Made by a program: the position numbers and the translations under genes
Shown here: in pieces, positions 27,137 through 37,114 of the stretch
Layout: each line of letters starts with the position of its first letter
Numbering within the stretch: the stretch's first letter is position 1
Notes under the pieces: generated by a model
Database searches by the model: none
What the model was told of the DNA's origin: nothing
Seen by the model: the letters and a program-made list of their open reading frames with translations, nothing else
Origin: a virus
Lineage: Duplodnaviria; Heunggongvirae; Uroviricota; Caudoviricetes
DNA: 64,000 bases
Reading direction: 5' to 3' (one strand)
IMG/VR virus record: IMGVR_UViG_3300037156_000269
Location: 96,626-160,625 of that record

Positions 27137-27363
27137 AGTTTCATCACAGCCGCAGTAATCGCCGCGAACATAAAAAACCCAAGAAAAGCAAATAGAATGC
27201 TCGCGCCAGCACCGAAGAACCAGAAGATAAACATAACAGCTATTCTTCCGTTCTCAGACTCCGGAGCAATTATCTTGTAAGAAATAAACATGATCGTTTC
27301 TGGAATCAGAGCTATGCAGATAGAGGCAACTGTCCCACAGAGCCAAAATAGAAGTTTAGTCAT
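27133..27363 (-). CDS. small membrane protein
   Basis: Two TM helices. Confidence 0.4.
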   Translation of the reverse strand: MTKLLFWLCGTVASICIALIPETIMFISYKIIAPESENGRIAVMFIFWFFGAGASILFAFLGFFMFAAITAAVMKL

Positions 27364-27635
27364 TCCCGCACCCTTTCCACAAATGTTTCAGAAGCCTTGA
27401 ACTTTGGAAACCACCTAGCGCTCTTCTGGATCATCGAGCGAGCACTTGGATCAAAGTAAGCGCGCGCTTTGCGTTTAAACTTAACGAAGGTGCCGAAGTT
27501 TTTGATCTTCACCTCATCGCCTTTACGCACAGCTTCAACTATGATCTCCGTGACCGAGTCCAGGAGATTCTCAGCAAGGGTCAGTGTGATTTTACTCTTC
27601 TCCGAAAGCTCTTTGATCAGTTCTTGCTTATTCAT
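27360..27635 (-). CDS. HU/IHF-family DNA-binding protein
   Basis: MNKQELIKEL ... NFGTFVKFKRKAR ... beta-arm pattern of bacterial histone-like proteins. Confidence 0.7.
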   Translation of the reverse strand: MNKQELIKELSEKSKITLTLAENLLDSVTEIIVEAVRKGDEVKIKNFGTFVKFKRKARAYFDPSARSMIQKSARWFPKFKASETFVERVRE

Positions 27636-27754
27636 TGTCTTCCTTCTCTAGTTTGTCTAATGCTGCATTAAACAGCGTGTACATTAGTAAGTCCTCTGAC
27701 AACAGAACATCAAGTCTCATGTCTATCAGAGTCATAATGAACCACTGCTGAAGC

Positions 27755-28402
27755 TCAGACTTTATTCTTTTCCTCAGCACTGCAATACTCCCAAGCCTGT
27801 AGCAATTTGTCGATCTCTTTGATCTCACTTCGTGCCTTGATTCCAGCATCTGTCTTTGAGATATTGTAGGAGTCAACACCCATCCAAACAAACACCTGTC
27901 GTATGCGGCGTAGACCTGCCACCAACAATCTGTTTTGGTCCTTCAGCTCATCTACTGTAATTTCAGGCACCACTTCTACTTTTGGTATAAAGCTTAGCCC
28001 CATCCTGACAAGGGTCGCATTCAGCTCTTGCGTAAGCCTGATACGTTCATAGGCCTGATCTGCCTTTTGTGCAGGAGTCATCTCCGGTTCATTTAGTTTC
28101 TTCATGAGAAGCTCATTTAAGCGGGCCTGATCCGCGGAAAGGTCTCTGTACATGTCGGCCTTTCTCTTAAGGTGAGCCGTCTCCCCCATGGCGCCGGAGA
28201 GTCGGGTCTCTGCATCCCAGCACTCTTCTGTGCGCTTAATGAAGGCAGCATCCATCATGGATACTTCGTTCTCCATGCCAAGCAAAAAAAGCGCCTCAGC
28301 CCTAGAAAGAGAATATGCCTCGACAGCGTAGTCTTTGGCGGCGTAATCACGCAGTCTTTCCCAGAGCTGTTTTGGCTTCGGGTTCATACGGTCGTAGCTC
28401 AT
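27755..28402 (-). CDS. hypothetical coiled-coil protein
   Basis: 215-aa ORF. Confidence 0.45.
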   Translation of the reverse strand: MSYDRMNPKPKQLWERLRDYAAKDYAVEAYSLSRAEALFLLGMENEVSMMDAAFIKRTEECWDAETRLSGAMGETAHLKRKADMYRDLSADQARLNELLMKKLNEPEMTPAQKADQAYERIRLTQELNATLVRMGLSFIPKVEVVPEITVDELKDQNRLLVAGLRRIRQVFVWMGVDSYNISKTDAGIKARSEIKEIDKLLQAWEYCSAEEKNKV

Positions 28403-28598
28403 TTTTTGGTTCTCACTTTCTGTTCTAGTAAAGCTATCTGCAAAAGAGCAATCTCTTTAGTGGCGATCGCAAGATATTCGCGCAAAGACTCATACTCTCT
28501 CCGAAGCTCTCCGTAGAGCTCAGAGAGCTTCTTCTCGTTTGTATGCTCAAGCCTCCGACACTCGCTCATCGACACGATTGGTTTAAATGGTTTTTTAC

Positions 28599-28871
28599 TC
28601 AACTGGCATCCCCTCCATTTTCAAACTGCCGATCGCGAAGGTGCTGAACCAACGCCTCCAGCTTCCTGATCCTCTCGTCACCAAGAGCATTCGCGGCTTC
28701 CATTTCATATTCGTGGCGGATCTTGTCCTGCTCGAACTGCCACTTCGCACCTTGAGTAAAGATATCTGCGATTTCTTTCTGGCCGCCACTGTATCTGCAC
28801 TCATGAGCACGATAGTGGCCGCCCTGCCACCTGGCGGCTTTTTCGTCAAAATCAACCATGCTCACTCCCAA
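28599..28871 (-). CDS. hypothetical protein
   Basis: 90-aa ORF. Confidence 0.4.
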   Translation of the reverse strand: MGVSMVDFDEKAARWQGGHYRAHECRYSGGQKEIADIFTQGAKWQFEQDKIRHEYEMEAANALGDERIRKLEALVQHLRDRQFENGGDAS

Positions 28872-29354
28872 ACCATCTGTATTTCGTTTCGCAAATCAGA
28901 AGAAAGGTCCTCAACCACGTCTGCCAGTCTCTGAAGAGCTGGGCTGGTTTCAGACTCGTCTAGTAGTGAAAAGGAGAGAACCTCTAAGCCCTCCAGAGCC
29001 TCAAATGCCATGGCCTCAATACCTCTGCGTTGCGGAGGCGCCACTTTGCGCTTCACCTTCTTTTTGCTCGGCGGCTTCTTCAGATCTTTCTCTTTGAGTT
29101 CTTTTCTTCTATACTTCACAGCTCCCCCAACACTTCCATCTTGTTCGCAATCAGCTCTTTTTTACACATGATCCACGGAAAGTCCTCATCCATTTTGCCT
29201 TGGAATATAGCCCATAAATCAAAATCATCTTTGTTTACAAGCCTGACTGAGTACCCTTCTAGGTTCATGAGCTCTTGGTCCTCTGCGCCTCCGAAGAAGC
29301 ACATTTTAACTCCGAGACCAAGCTCGCCTTCTTTATTCATCAATATGAATTGTT

Positions 29355-29639
29355 TCATTTACTGTGTTTCTCCAAAAACTCATCCACAATTGAGTTGGTT
29401 GTATTAGGTGCGAACAGGGCTTTGCCTTGGCGCAAATACTGAACGGCTTTCTCTAGTTCCTTCTCAAGCTCAACTCGCTTCGCTGCTGCCTGCAAGCGAG
29501 CCGCTGAGTGCAGATGCGAAGCCTGTTTCCAGTGTGCCACGTCTTTCTCCAGCTGCTCGACTTGCTCGAAGTAGCGAAGGTTACGTTCCTCGAGCCGGGC
29601 GATTTGTATATCAAGATCGTTTAATTCTTGGTCGCTCAT
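29355..29639 (-). CDS. hypothetical coiled-coil protein
   Basis: 94-aa ORF. Confidence 0.4.
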   Translation of the reverse strand: MSDQELNDLDIQIARLEERNLRYFEQVEQLEKDVAHWKQASHLHSAARLQAAAKRVELEKELEKAVQYLRQGKALFAPNTTNSIVDEFLEKHSK

Positions 29640-29857
29640 GTTTTACCTTTCCCCGTGGAAACGGAACCCCGCGAAGCTCTTTCAGCTCCATGATCAGTGT
29701 ATCGAGCTGCTCCCAGCTTAAATCCCATTGCGCGAGAGTCTCTTTATCCGGACTTCCTTTAGCGCCAAGAAGTCTGCGACCAATCCCCTGCTCATTATTC
29801 ATCAGGCAAAGCTGGATCGGCCCGTCTGCATTCTGTACGTAAAGACTGAATCTTTTT

Positions 29858-30202
29858 TTAGTCATTCACAACCTCGCCATTCTTAAGTCTATCAACCAAG
29901 ATACCAGCATAGCTGGTGGGTGCATAGGATCTCAGTATACGGATGATCTCGCTCTTTTTGATTTTTTCTTTCTCGATTGGTTTTGCGCCGAGGAGAAGAG
30001 CGACGTGGGTAAGCGATGCCTTACGTATACTTATATATCCCCATCCAGAATCTACGTCTCCAACATTGGTGTAAACAACTTGAGCACCGTTGAGTAGCTC
30101 CTCTACTTTATCAGCCCACCTGCAAAGATTGTCTATGTAAGTGTGAAGGCTGTCGCACACAGAGCGACTAGGTCTCTTCGGATAAAAATCTGATTTATTC
30201 AC
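29858..30202 (-). CDS. hypothetical protein
   Basis: 114-aa ORF. Confidence 0.4.
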   Translation of the reverse strand: MNKSDFYPKRPSRSVCDSLHTYIDNLCRWADKVEELLNGAQVVYTNVGDVDSGWGYISIRKASLTHVALLLGAKPIEKEKIKKSEIIRILRSYAPTSYAGILVDRLKNGEVVND

Positions 30203-30407
30203 GTGTCACCCTTTCCCAAAAATGGCGTCTAAGTCATACTGATCAACCTCTGCCACCACAAAATCCGCACGGCAAAAATTGCCCTCTCTCATGAGCTCTC
30301 GTGCGGCGCACTGATTTTCAATCTTAGCCATGATCGCGCAAGCGCAGGCGAAGCCCTGAACCCACGGATCCTCCGCTGTCTTTACCTTTTTTACCTTCTT
30401 CGTCTTC

Positions 30408-30723
30408 TTAGTGAGTTTTTTCATCTAACCCCAGCAATCCCCACATATTCTTAGGAGCAAATAATCGTAAATTGGCTTTGTCTTCTTCGTCTGCCGTTTC
30501 ATCAAAGTCACCGTTCATGACTCTCTTGGCCAGCTCCTCAAGCCCAGCCTGGCGTAGGAGGCCGACGGCAGCTACCTTACCGCAGTTGTACTTTTTGTTT
30601 TTATAATCGTGAAATTCGCCAGCTTCTGCTTCTGCAATGATCTGAGCAATGAGGGGGGTCTGTGGGACTTTTTCGAGTTCAGCTACAAGGTGAATCCTCG
30701 TGTCCAGGTAAGATTTTTTCATT
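30408..30723 (-). CDS. hypothetical protein
   Basis: Start MKKSYLD at 30723 with GGAG RBS. Confidence 0.4.
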
Positions 30724-30923
30724 CTGTGTCTCCGTTTGTTCTTTAATCCACATAAGGCGGGAGAGAAGCTTTTTACTCGAGCGCAGGTAATCTCGTGCAT
30801 AGGCAGCCTTCTTCAAGGGAACGACAGCCACCTCAAGGATAGCAATGCGCTCACGTAAAGCTCTGATCTTTTCCTCTACACTTTTGGGCCTGCGCCCTGC
30901 TTTCTTGCTCTCTACCCTCATAA

Positions 30924-31247
30924 TTACTTCTTTGTTGTCGCGCCGAGACCCTGAGGAAACTCGTACTCCATCTTTTCCGGAATAATAATGATCCTAATGA
31001 TCTCTGGTTTAGTCCGGCCAGGAGGGGTTATAGTTGTTTTTAGTTGTGTGAGCTTAAGCTCGAGAGCCGCATCGTACATCGCAGCTATCAGCATATCTCC
31101 AAAAATATCTGCTTCTTTTTTATGATCCGACGACATCCCGTGATCCTTTCCAAACGAATTCAATAAGAGGATAATGCTTTTTACACTTGATACAAAAAGT
31201 ACCGTTATAGAAGTCAGGCTGTCTGGCGTACGTAGCTGCCAGCTCAT
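30924..31247 (-). CDS. hypothetical protein
   Basis: 107-aa ORF. Confidence 0.35.
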   Translation of the reverse strand: MSWQLRTPDSLTSITVLFVSSVKSIILLLNSFGKDHGMSSDHKKEADIFGDMLIAAMYDAALELKLTQLKTTITPPGRTKPEIIRIIIIPEKMEYEFPQGLGATTKK

Positions 31248-31535
31248 AGTTCATCTTGGTGTCACTCCCGCATGTAAGGTGCGTATAGGTGCTCCGCAAT
31301 GGACGCACAAAGCCCTTTTCCCGCTCATCTTCAGACAGGACGACATAGCCTCTCGCTGACCAGTCTTAGGATCAATCTCCGTGTGGCTACGGTCCTCAGG
31401 CACCGGAGAGCCGTCTGTCAGAACTTGCTTGGACATCTTTCCTACAAAATCTCATAACCAGGCTGGGCGTACTACTTAGCCGTCCGGCCGACACTGTGTT
31501 GCCGACCATCCGGAACCTGATTAAGAGAAAACTAA

Positions 31536-32354
31536 TTACTTCTCATTCTTCAAGTTGATGAAGGGGACCGCGCCGCCTCCAGAAACCTGTGGTAATTTTC
31601 CGTCCCACTTCTGCAAAGACAAGTATTGCAGGAGTGCTGGTGAAAGGCTCTGCGTCTTTAGACGGTTCGCCTCAGCCTCACCACGAGCCACTGCGATCGC
31701 TTTTTCAGCTTCCGCGCGCGACTGCGCAACTTCGTTCTCGATCTGCATGGCCTTCTGAGTAGCCTGAATCTTAGCGTTCAGCGCCTCGATTACACCCTCT
31801 GGAGGACGCATAGCGCCGACAGCGTAGATGTTGATTACGTGAATACCGACAGGCTCAACCTGTTCGTTGACTTCCTTAGTCACGTCTTTAAGCAGTTCCT
31901 CTTTCTTAACCCCAATGATGTCACCAACATGGTACTTGCCGCTTACATTACCGAACGTGCTTCGAACAATGTTCCGGAGCTGACCGTGCGTGATCTCATC
32001 AATTCCAAGACGGTACGTTGTGAACAGGTGCGCGACCTTGTCAGGCACAACCTGGTACGCGATACCGATGTCAGCGCCAATGCTCAGACCATCAATGTCC
32101 TGAAACGTAATAGACTCATCGTGCGTAGCGCCTTCGTGCGGACTAGCTGTCCACACGTAGTTCTGCTGGAACGTCGGGAACAGGTAAAGCTCGACAGTCG
32201 GTGGGAGCCAATAGTAGCCAACGCCAACCACTTCATTCTCAACGCCCTTGTCGGAGCCCATTGTTCTAACCTTGACCCCAACAAAACCTTGGGGAACCTT
32301 CGAGCACGCGGATAGGGCAAAAGCCAGGACCAAAAACAAACCAAACTTCTTCAT
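31536..32354 (-). CDS. SPFH/band-7 (prohibitin/HflC-like) domain lipoprotein
   Basis: Lipobox LVLAFALSAC, band-7 core and C-terminal EAE/Ala-rich coiled coil. Confidence 0.75.
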   Translation of the reverse strand: MKKFGLFLVLAFALSACSKVPQGFVGVKVRTMGSDKGVENEVVGVGYYWLPPTVELYLFPTFQQNYVWTASPHEGATHDESITFQDIDGLSIGADIGIAYQVVPDKVAHLFTTYRLGIDEITHGQLRNIVRSTFGNVSGKYHVGDIIGVKKEELLKDVTKEVNEQVEPVGIHVINIYAVGAMRPPEGVIEALNAKIQATQKAMQIENEVAQSRAEAEKAIAVARGEAEANRLKTQSLSPALLQYLSLQKWDGKLPQVSGGGAVPFINLKNEK

Positions 32355-32572
32355 AAATCTCCTTTTTGAGCCGTGAACATTTTTAAAAAGAACCGGACAA
32401 GGGCGTAACCAAGGATGGCGATTATCAGAAACACCATCCCCAAGGTCACGTCGTTGTCCGTATTAAATAGAGCTGGCAGGATGAATGCGAAAAGCACCCA
32501 CATAAACAAGCCAGCTAAAAACGCCAAATCAAACCACTTCATTATTTTCATAGATTTCCTCTGTAAACACAT
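32351..32572 (-). CDS. small membrane protein
   Basis: Two TM helices; translationally coupled to the SPFH gene. Confidence 0.4.
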   Translation of the reverse strand: MCLQRKSMKIMKWFDLAFLAGLFMWVLFAFILPALFNTDNDVTLGMVFLIIAILGYALVRFFLKMFTAQKGDL

Positions 32573-32627
32573 CCTAAGATGTTTATTTCGTAGCTGTCAA
32601 CCTCCCATGCTGTAGCTGGTTATGTCA

Positions 32628-32975
32628 TTACGGCTGTGCGCCACCACGAATCCATGCCCCAACCATGTCTCGAAGACTCTGGTCCATTTTCATGCCCATG
32701 GGCATGTCCTTCCTGACCACAACACGTTGATTAATTGATGCCTTTGAGGCGAGCGCCGTATTGTAATCTGAGTAATCATTTGGGTTCATTTTTCCAGACC
32801 CATGGCACATGACACATTTCGCTTTAAATATTGGTCTGATGTCTCTTTGAAACGAAACAACACCAGTAAGGTAGTCAGTATAATCTGTGAAGTAATAATC
32901 AGCTTTCGCGCGCGCTGAAAGGGCAAGGATCATCAGTGGCACAACTAGCAGTATCTTTTTCGACTGTAAGCTCAT
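32628..32975 (-). CDS. secreted c-type cytochrome-like protein
   Basis: Signal peptide plus a single CxxCH motif (KCVMCHGSG) and a downstream Met-rich segment (MPMGMKMD). Confidence 0.55.
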   Translation of the reverse strand: MSLQSKKILLVVPLMILALSARAKADYYFTDYTDYLTGVVSFQRDIRPIFKAKCVMCHGSGKMNPNDYSDYNTALASKASINQRVVVRKDMPMGMKMDQSLRDMVGAWIRGGAQP

Positions 32976-33127
32976 AACGTATCTCTCCTATGTTTTGTTA
33001 TTCTTTATTCTTTTTCTCAAACGATTTCCACAACTCCCAGAGAGCCTCGCGGAATTCATACCGAACCATTTGTCTATTCACGCAGTCGCTCACGTCGTCC
33101 TCAAGCGGATCCACAGAGGCGACCCCC

Positions 33128-33463
33128 TCAAACAGTGCCAGAGCCTCCCTGATTTTGAAAACATGATCCTGATGTATCGGTTTCTTGAAGGTTACAGTCA
33201 GGCCTTTGTAATTCATGGTGATTCATCTTCCATACGGTTAGTTTATTAAGTACTTTTTGAGAGCCGTCGGTATAACCGGCTTTTATTAAAGCCTCCTCCA
33301 GCATTTTTATTACGTCAGCAAAATCCTCCAAAATCTCATCGTGCAGACCCTTCTCAATAAGGATTATTTCCTTATCTGCCCCGGTCACGCGTGCCCATCC
33401 AGGGGCGTAAATGCGAAGTGGATCACCCCAGACAGTCCACCATCTACCGTGAAGCTTTTTCAT
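33128..33463 (-). CDS. hypothetical protein
   Basis: 111-aa ORF. Confidence 0.4.
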   Translation of the reverse strand: MKKLHGRWWTVWGDPLRIYAPGWARVTGADKEIILIEKGLHDEILEDFADVIKMLEEALIKAGYTDGSQKVLNKLTVWKMNHHELQRPDCNLQETDTSGSCFQNQGGSGTV

Positions 33464-33735
33464 AGTTCCACCTCTAAAACAATCGTGGCGAGGCGGGCAG
33501 ACGTCGAGTCTGGCAAACGTGAAATAGTCTCAAGTGTTTCCTTAAACTTCGTGTGCTCTTTTAGTATCTGCCGAAGACAGTCTTCCGAATCGGCTACACC
33601 AGGCATCACCCGCTCGTTGATTTTAGCGATCATGGCCTTAAGTCCTTTATTCTCTTCAACTACTTCGAGCATCGCCGGCTCAAGCTCAACAATCATATTA
33701 ACCAAAGCCCTTGCTTGTTTTTCTATGTCCATCAT
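33460..33735 (-). CDS. hypothetical protein
   Basis: 91-aa ORF. Confidence 0.4.
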   Translation of the reverse strand: MMDIEKQARALVNMIVELEPAMLEVVEENKGLKAMIAKINERVMPGVADSEDCLRQILKEHTKFKETLETISRLPDSTSARLATIVLEVEL

Positions 33736-34061
33736 TTCAGCCTCTTTAAGAGCACGTTAAAGCCCTTCAAATAGCTGTCGATAATGTTCATGTGCTTGCG
33801 GTTGTGGGCGTGCATGGCATTGGACTCAGCGCGCTGCTTGTCATTCTTCTTGGTCTCAGCCGCCATCCACTCTGTAAGCTCTTTACGCATCGGCGCGCAG
33901 ATGTCCTCCAGGCGCTTGTCGAGATGCGCGTACAGTTCTTTGAGCTGCTCCTCATTAGGAGTGATATGAAAACTCACGTTTCCCTTGTCGTCCTCAGTGG
34001 GTGGCTTTCTGTTCGGATCAAGTGAAATGCTGTATGTTGCTTCTTTTTTTGACTTCTTCAT
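33732..34061 (-). CDS. hypothetical protein
   Basis: 109-aa ORF. Confidence 0.4.
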   Translation of the reverse strand: MKKSKKEATYSISLDPNRKPPTEDDKGNVSFHITPNEEQLKELYAHLDKRLEDICAPMRKELTEWMAAETKKNDKQRAESNAMHAHNRKHMNIIDSYLKGFNVLLKRLK

Positions 34062-34264
34062 AAATCTCCTGCAGGTGCGTCAGCAGCCTCGATCGTGATT
34101 ACAACTCTGATTAATTCGTCATTCGGCCCGTCAGTGGCGAGCTCGCCACTTGCGATATCTTGTTCGAGCATCGTCGCTACCGTTGCTCGAACTGCGTTCC
34201 CCAACGCTTCTGCGGTGTCAGAACCAGGCACTTTAAAAACCCGAGCTTCTGTTTTCTTTTTCAT
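34058..34264 (-). CDS. hypothetical protein
   Basis: 68-aa ORF. Confidence 0.35.
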   Translation of the reverse strand: MKKKTEARVFKVPGSDTAEALGNAVRATVATMLEQDIASGELATDGPNDELIRVVITIEAADAPAGDL

Positions 34265-34272
34265 AAATCTCC

Positions 34273-34689
34273 CTACTGCACATACCTACCGAAGTGGTCG
34301 TACAGCTCTTTTTGTTTTTGCATAAAATTGTACTGAAGTAGCTCTACGGACGCCCCGATGCTAGACGGAATGTCCATTGTTGAATTGTGGGCTGCCTCTG
34401 TCGAGCAGCTCCACTCAGCCATGATTGCAGCACAAGCATCAAGCGCCACGTAAGTCCGCGTCTCATAGTCGAGCTTCGCGTGCTCCTTTAGAAACTCATC
34501 GCGAGTGGCTAAAAGGTTCTTCTGAAGCTTTCGTGATAACCCGTTGATAATTTTCAAATTCTCAGGGGTCATCGAATGGACTGTCGGCTGACTGATTGGA
34601 GCGACCATACCTAAAACCTGACTCATGCTTTCCGCACGGCCTCGGTACGGATTAGCAGGGGACACTGTAGGGACACTCGTGGTCGTCAT
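34273..34689 (-). CDS. hypothetical protein
   Basis: Start MTTTSVP at 34689 preceded by GGTAAAGATG; C-terminal part of the longer 257-aa track ORF. Confidence 0.35.
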   Translation of the reverse strand: MTTTSVPTVSPANPYRGRAESMSQVLGMVAPISQPTVHSMTPENLKIINGLSRKLQKNLLATRDEFLKEHAKLDYETRTYVALDACAAIMAEWSCSTEAAHNSTMDIPSSIGASVELLQYNFMQKQKELYDHFGRYVQ

Positions 34690-35104
34690 CTTTACCGCTG
34701 GTGGGTTCGTCGCCAGGTACTCCTGAAGACTCGCTTGAGCAGGTAACTCCAGGGCTTCCTGTAAACTCTTCCAGCCAGACGGAGTCGGCGGCTGACTTGG
34801 GGAAGCTTCCCCCGACAGCTTCGCAATCAGATTCGTCATCTGCTCCTTCGTCAACTGCTCCTTCGTCAACTGCATGTGGCTCACCGTGATCTGGGGTTGC
34901 GTATCTGCAACTGTGAAGGATTTCTCTAATCCCTTCGTCTTTCTGAACCAACTGAATAATCCTGCTAAAAATTTCATTTTTCCCTTTCTCAGTGAGTGAG
35001 CACACATCTTCAAAGGTGCCGTCATAATGCCCTGTGAACGCTTCAAAAAGAAATCGATGGGCAGCGTCTCTGTCCTCCAGCTCCTTACGCCTATCTTTCT
35101 CCAC
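34652..35104 (-). CDS. hypothetical acidic protein (GTG start)
   Basis: GTG start with strong AAGGAGG RBS; overlaps the 34273 ORF in another frame. Confidence 0.4.
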   Translation of the reverse strand: MEKDRRKELEDRDAAHRFLFEAFTGHYDGTFEDVCSLTEKGKNEIFSRIIQLVQKDEGIREILHSCRYATPDHGEPHAVDEGAVDEGADDESDCEAVGGSFPKSAADSVWLEEFTGSPGVTCSSESSGVPGDEPTSGKDDDHECPYSVPC

Positions 35105-35444
35105 TCTCCACCTCCTTCTTAAGACTCTCTAAAATCTTAGGCAGAGAGTCCTTGTACCAGCCGTTGAAATTATCAATGGCCTTGCCCGCTCCGTACTCCT
35201 TCGGTTCAAACCCGTGGGCAATCATAGAAGCTGTGTAGTGTGCTAAAAGATTTGCGCACACTCCCGTCACGACACAGTTCATTCCCGATTTGTCTGGCGT
35301 ACCAGAATCCACAGACAGAGCGGCTTCACTCAAGATCGGCCAGATCTTTTGAACAGTTTCCGAGACCACATTATTTAAGAACTTCGTGTGCTCTTCCCAG
35401 CTCTGCGGCTCCTCCGGGAGGGGTGTAAATTCCTCTTCTGTCAT
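35091..35444 (-). CDS. hypothetical protein
   Basis: 117-aa ORF. Confidence 0.4.
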   Translation of the reverse strand: MTEEEFTPLPEEPQSWEEHTKFLNNVVSETVQKIWPILSEAALSVDSGTPDKSGMNCVVTGVCANLLAHYTASMIAHGFEPKEYGAGKAIDNFNGWYKDSLPKILESLKKEVESGER

Positions 35445-35727
35445 AAAACTCCTTTACTTTAGATAAAACTCTCTCACTCTCTTCTATAGCCAATCTTAAC
35501 GGTTCTGGGAAGTGGTGTTTTGCATGCAGGACCATATCAGCCAATGCGTGGTGAAGTTCGGGGGCGAGCGCCATGACGCAGGTGCGCGACCACATGTGAT
35601 CTTCTGGTTCCTGCATATTCTGGTATCGATGAGAGGTCGCAATCCTCTCACCCGTCTGCTCGTCAAAAACATAAGGCTCATGGGAATCGTCGATCGGTAT
35701 CCACGCCATAACGAGCCTCTCTTTCAT
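35371..35727 (-). CDS. hypothetical protein
   Basis: 118-aa ORF. Confidence 0.4.
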   Translation of the reverse strand: MKERLVMAWIPIDDSHEPYVFDEQTGERIATSHRYQNMQEPEDHMWSRTCVMALAPELHHALADMVLHAKHHFPEPLRLAIEESERVLSKVKEFYDRRGIYTPPGGAAELGRAHEVLK

Positions 35728-36031
35728 CTCTAATAAGATTTGAATCTCTGTCCCAGTCAGCCTCCACCACTTTAAACAGCGGAGCTATCCCGGCCTCCAA
35801 ACACATCTTCTTTGCTTGCTGATTGATGTAGCATAAAATAACTGTTTCGGGGCTTAGTCCAATCGCGTCAGCCCACCTGCCTAGGAGTGCGCCGGGCGGT
35901 GGTTTTAAATTCATCTCCACTGCTTCTATCAGTGATTTGTCACAGCCAACTTCATAAGCCAAAGACTCTGTTGTGTGTCGGCGATACTGGCGCGCTTGGC
36001 GCATGAAAAGTCCGAAGTGGGATTTCGTCAT
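35678..36031 (-). CDS. hypothetical protein
   Basis: 117-aa ORF. Confidence 0.4.
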   Translation of the reverse strand: MTKSHFGLFMRQARQYRRHTTESLAYEVGCDKSLIEAVEMNLKPPPGALLGRWADAIGLSPETVILCYINQQAKKMCLEAGIAPLFKVVEADWDRDSNLIRDEREARYGVDTDRRFP

Positions 36032-36380
36032 TTTGATTTCCTTTTCTTTAGGCGCGCGCTTGTTGGGACGTACAAGTCACCGCACGACCAGGATGTGATT
36101 CCATTCCGCGCGGACTGTATCGCCCACTGGCGGTCGGACTTTTTCTCATAATAAATTGTGACTGCCACCTCAAAAATGACGCGTTCTTTTTTCAATGTCG
36201 TTTCATATTTCATAAATATCCTTTGAGAGTAAAATCTTTCTCAAAATACTTATGCCAGGATTTTCGTGATTTTTGATTTATGAAAAGGTGGTGAGGAGTG
36301 GTCGAAGGCTCTGCAATCCGTCGCTGCAGCATCCGTGCTGCTAACCCACCCCGCTCCCCACCGCTATTAATGCTAGCAAT

Positions 36381-36860
36381 TTAATTTAGAAAGCGCCAAT
36401 CACATTTCACATCAGTCACGGTAGTGGCTTCAGAATCCACGCGGCAGGTAAAGTAATACTCATCAGTGCTGATGGCGAGCGTGAACGCTTTTATTTTCTG
36501 AACACTTTCTGTGAACTCATCGATGATTTTTTGCGAGGCTTTAAGCTCGAACGCGCATGTCTCTGAGAACACGGTGGCGAGCTCCACTTCTTCGAGGTCC
36601 TCATCCTCAGGCTGAATGAAAAGGTGAAGGAGCAGCTTCGCTGTGTCGGTTTCGTGGGGGTCAAGACTTACGCAAACCATACCCATTAGAAAATGACCGA
36701 TCGGATGCGCAAGACATCCTAAATACACCGCGGTGATGGTGGGCAAGCCCTTGCTATAAGAGCCGTCGCGGACGGGGGAGAGGACGAAGTGGTCGGGAGT
36801 AGGGAAATCCTCCTCAGAGCTGTCGCCAGGGGGTGCGGAGGCAATGCTGCCCTTACTCAC
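36381..36860 (-). CDS. hypothetical protein
   Basis: 159-aa ORF. Confidence 0.45.
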   Translation of the reverse strand: MSKGSIASAPPGDSSEEDFPTPDHFVLSPVRDGSYSKGLPTITAVYLGCLAHPIGHFLMGMVCVSLDPHETDTAKLLLHLFIQPEDEDLEEVELATVFSETCAFELKASQKIIDEFTESVQKIKAFTLAISTDEYYFTCRVDSEATTVTDVKCDWRFLN

Positions 36861-37114
36861 GACTCCTCTGTTTCTGTATCCCCACAGGCTCTATGGTTGT
36901 TTTTAGGGGTCATGTAAAACACTTCCTTAGTTGCTTCGTCGGCATGAACAAAGACAAGGTCGCCTTCTTTTACGTCAAAGCCTAACTGTTTCGCAGACTT
37001 AAAGATCCAGGTATGCATATTTCCCCGAGCATCGATCGCTGCGAGTCGGTCCGGGAACTTCCACAATAGAGTGGCCTCGACAGTCACAGGTCTGGGATCG
37101 GGTTTTATCTTCAA
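36857..37114 (-). CDS. hypothetical protein
   Basis: 85-aa ORF, first gene downstream of the large intergenic region. Confidence 0.4.
   Translation of the reverse strand: MKIKPDPRPVTVEATLLWKFPDRLAAIDARGNMHTWIFKSAKQLGFDVKEGDLVFVHADEATKEVFYMTPKNNHRACGDTETEES

Noticed and set aside
28587-29407. Several plus-strand ORFs (28587-28934, 28858-29097, 29030-29407) in the 28-29 kb region
   Set aside because: They are antisense to a contiguous, overlap-coupled series of minus-strand small genes and lack start signals.
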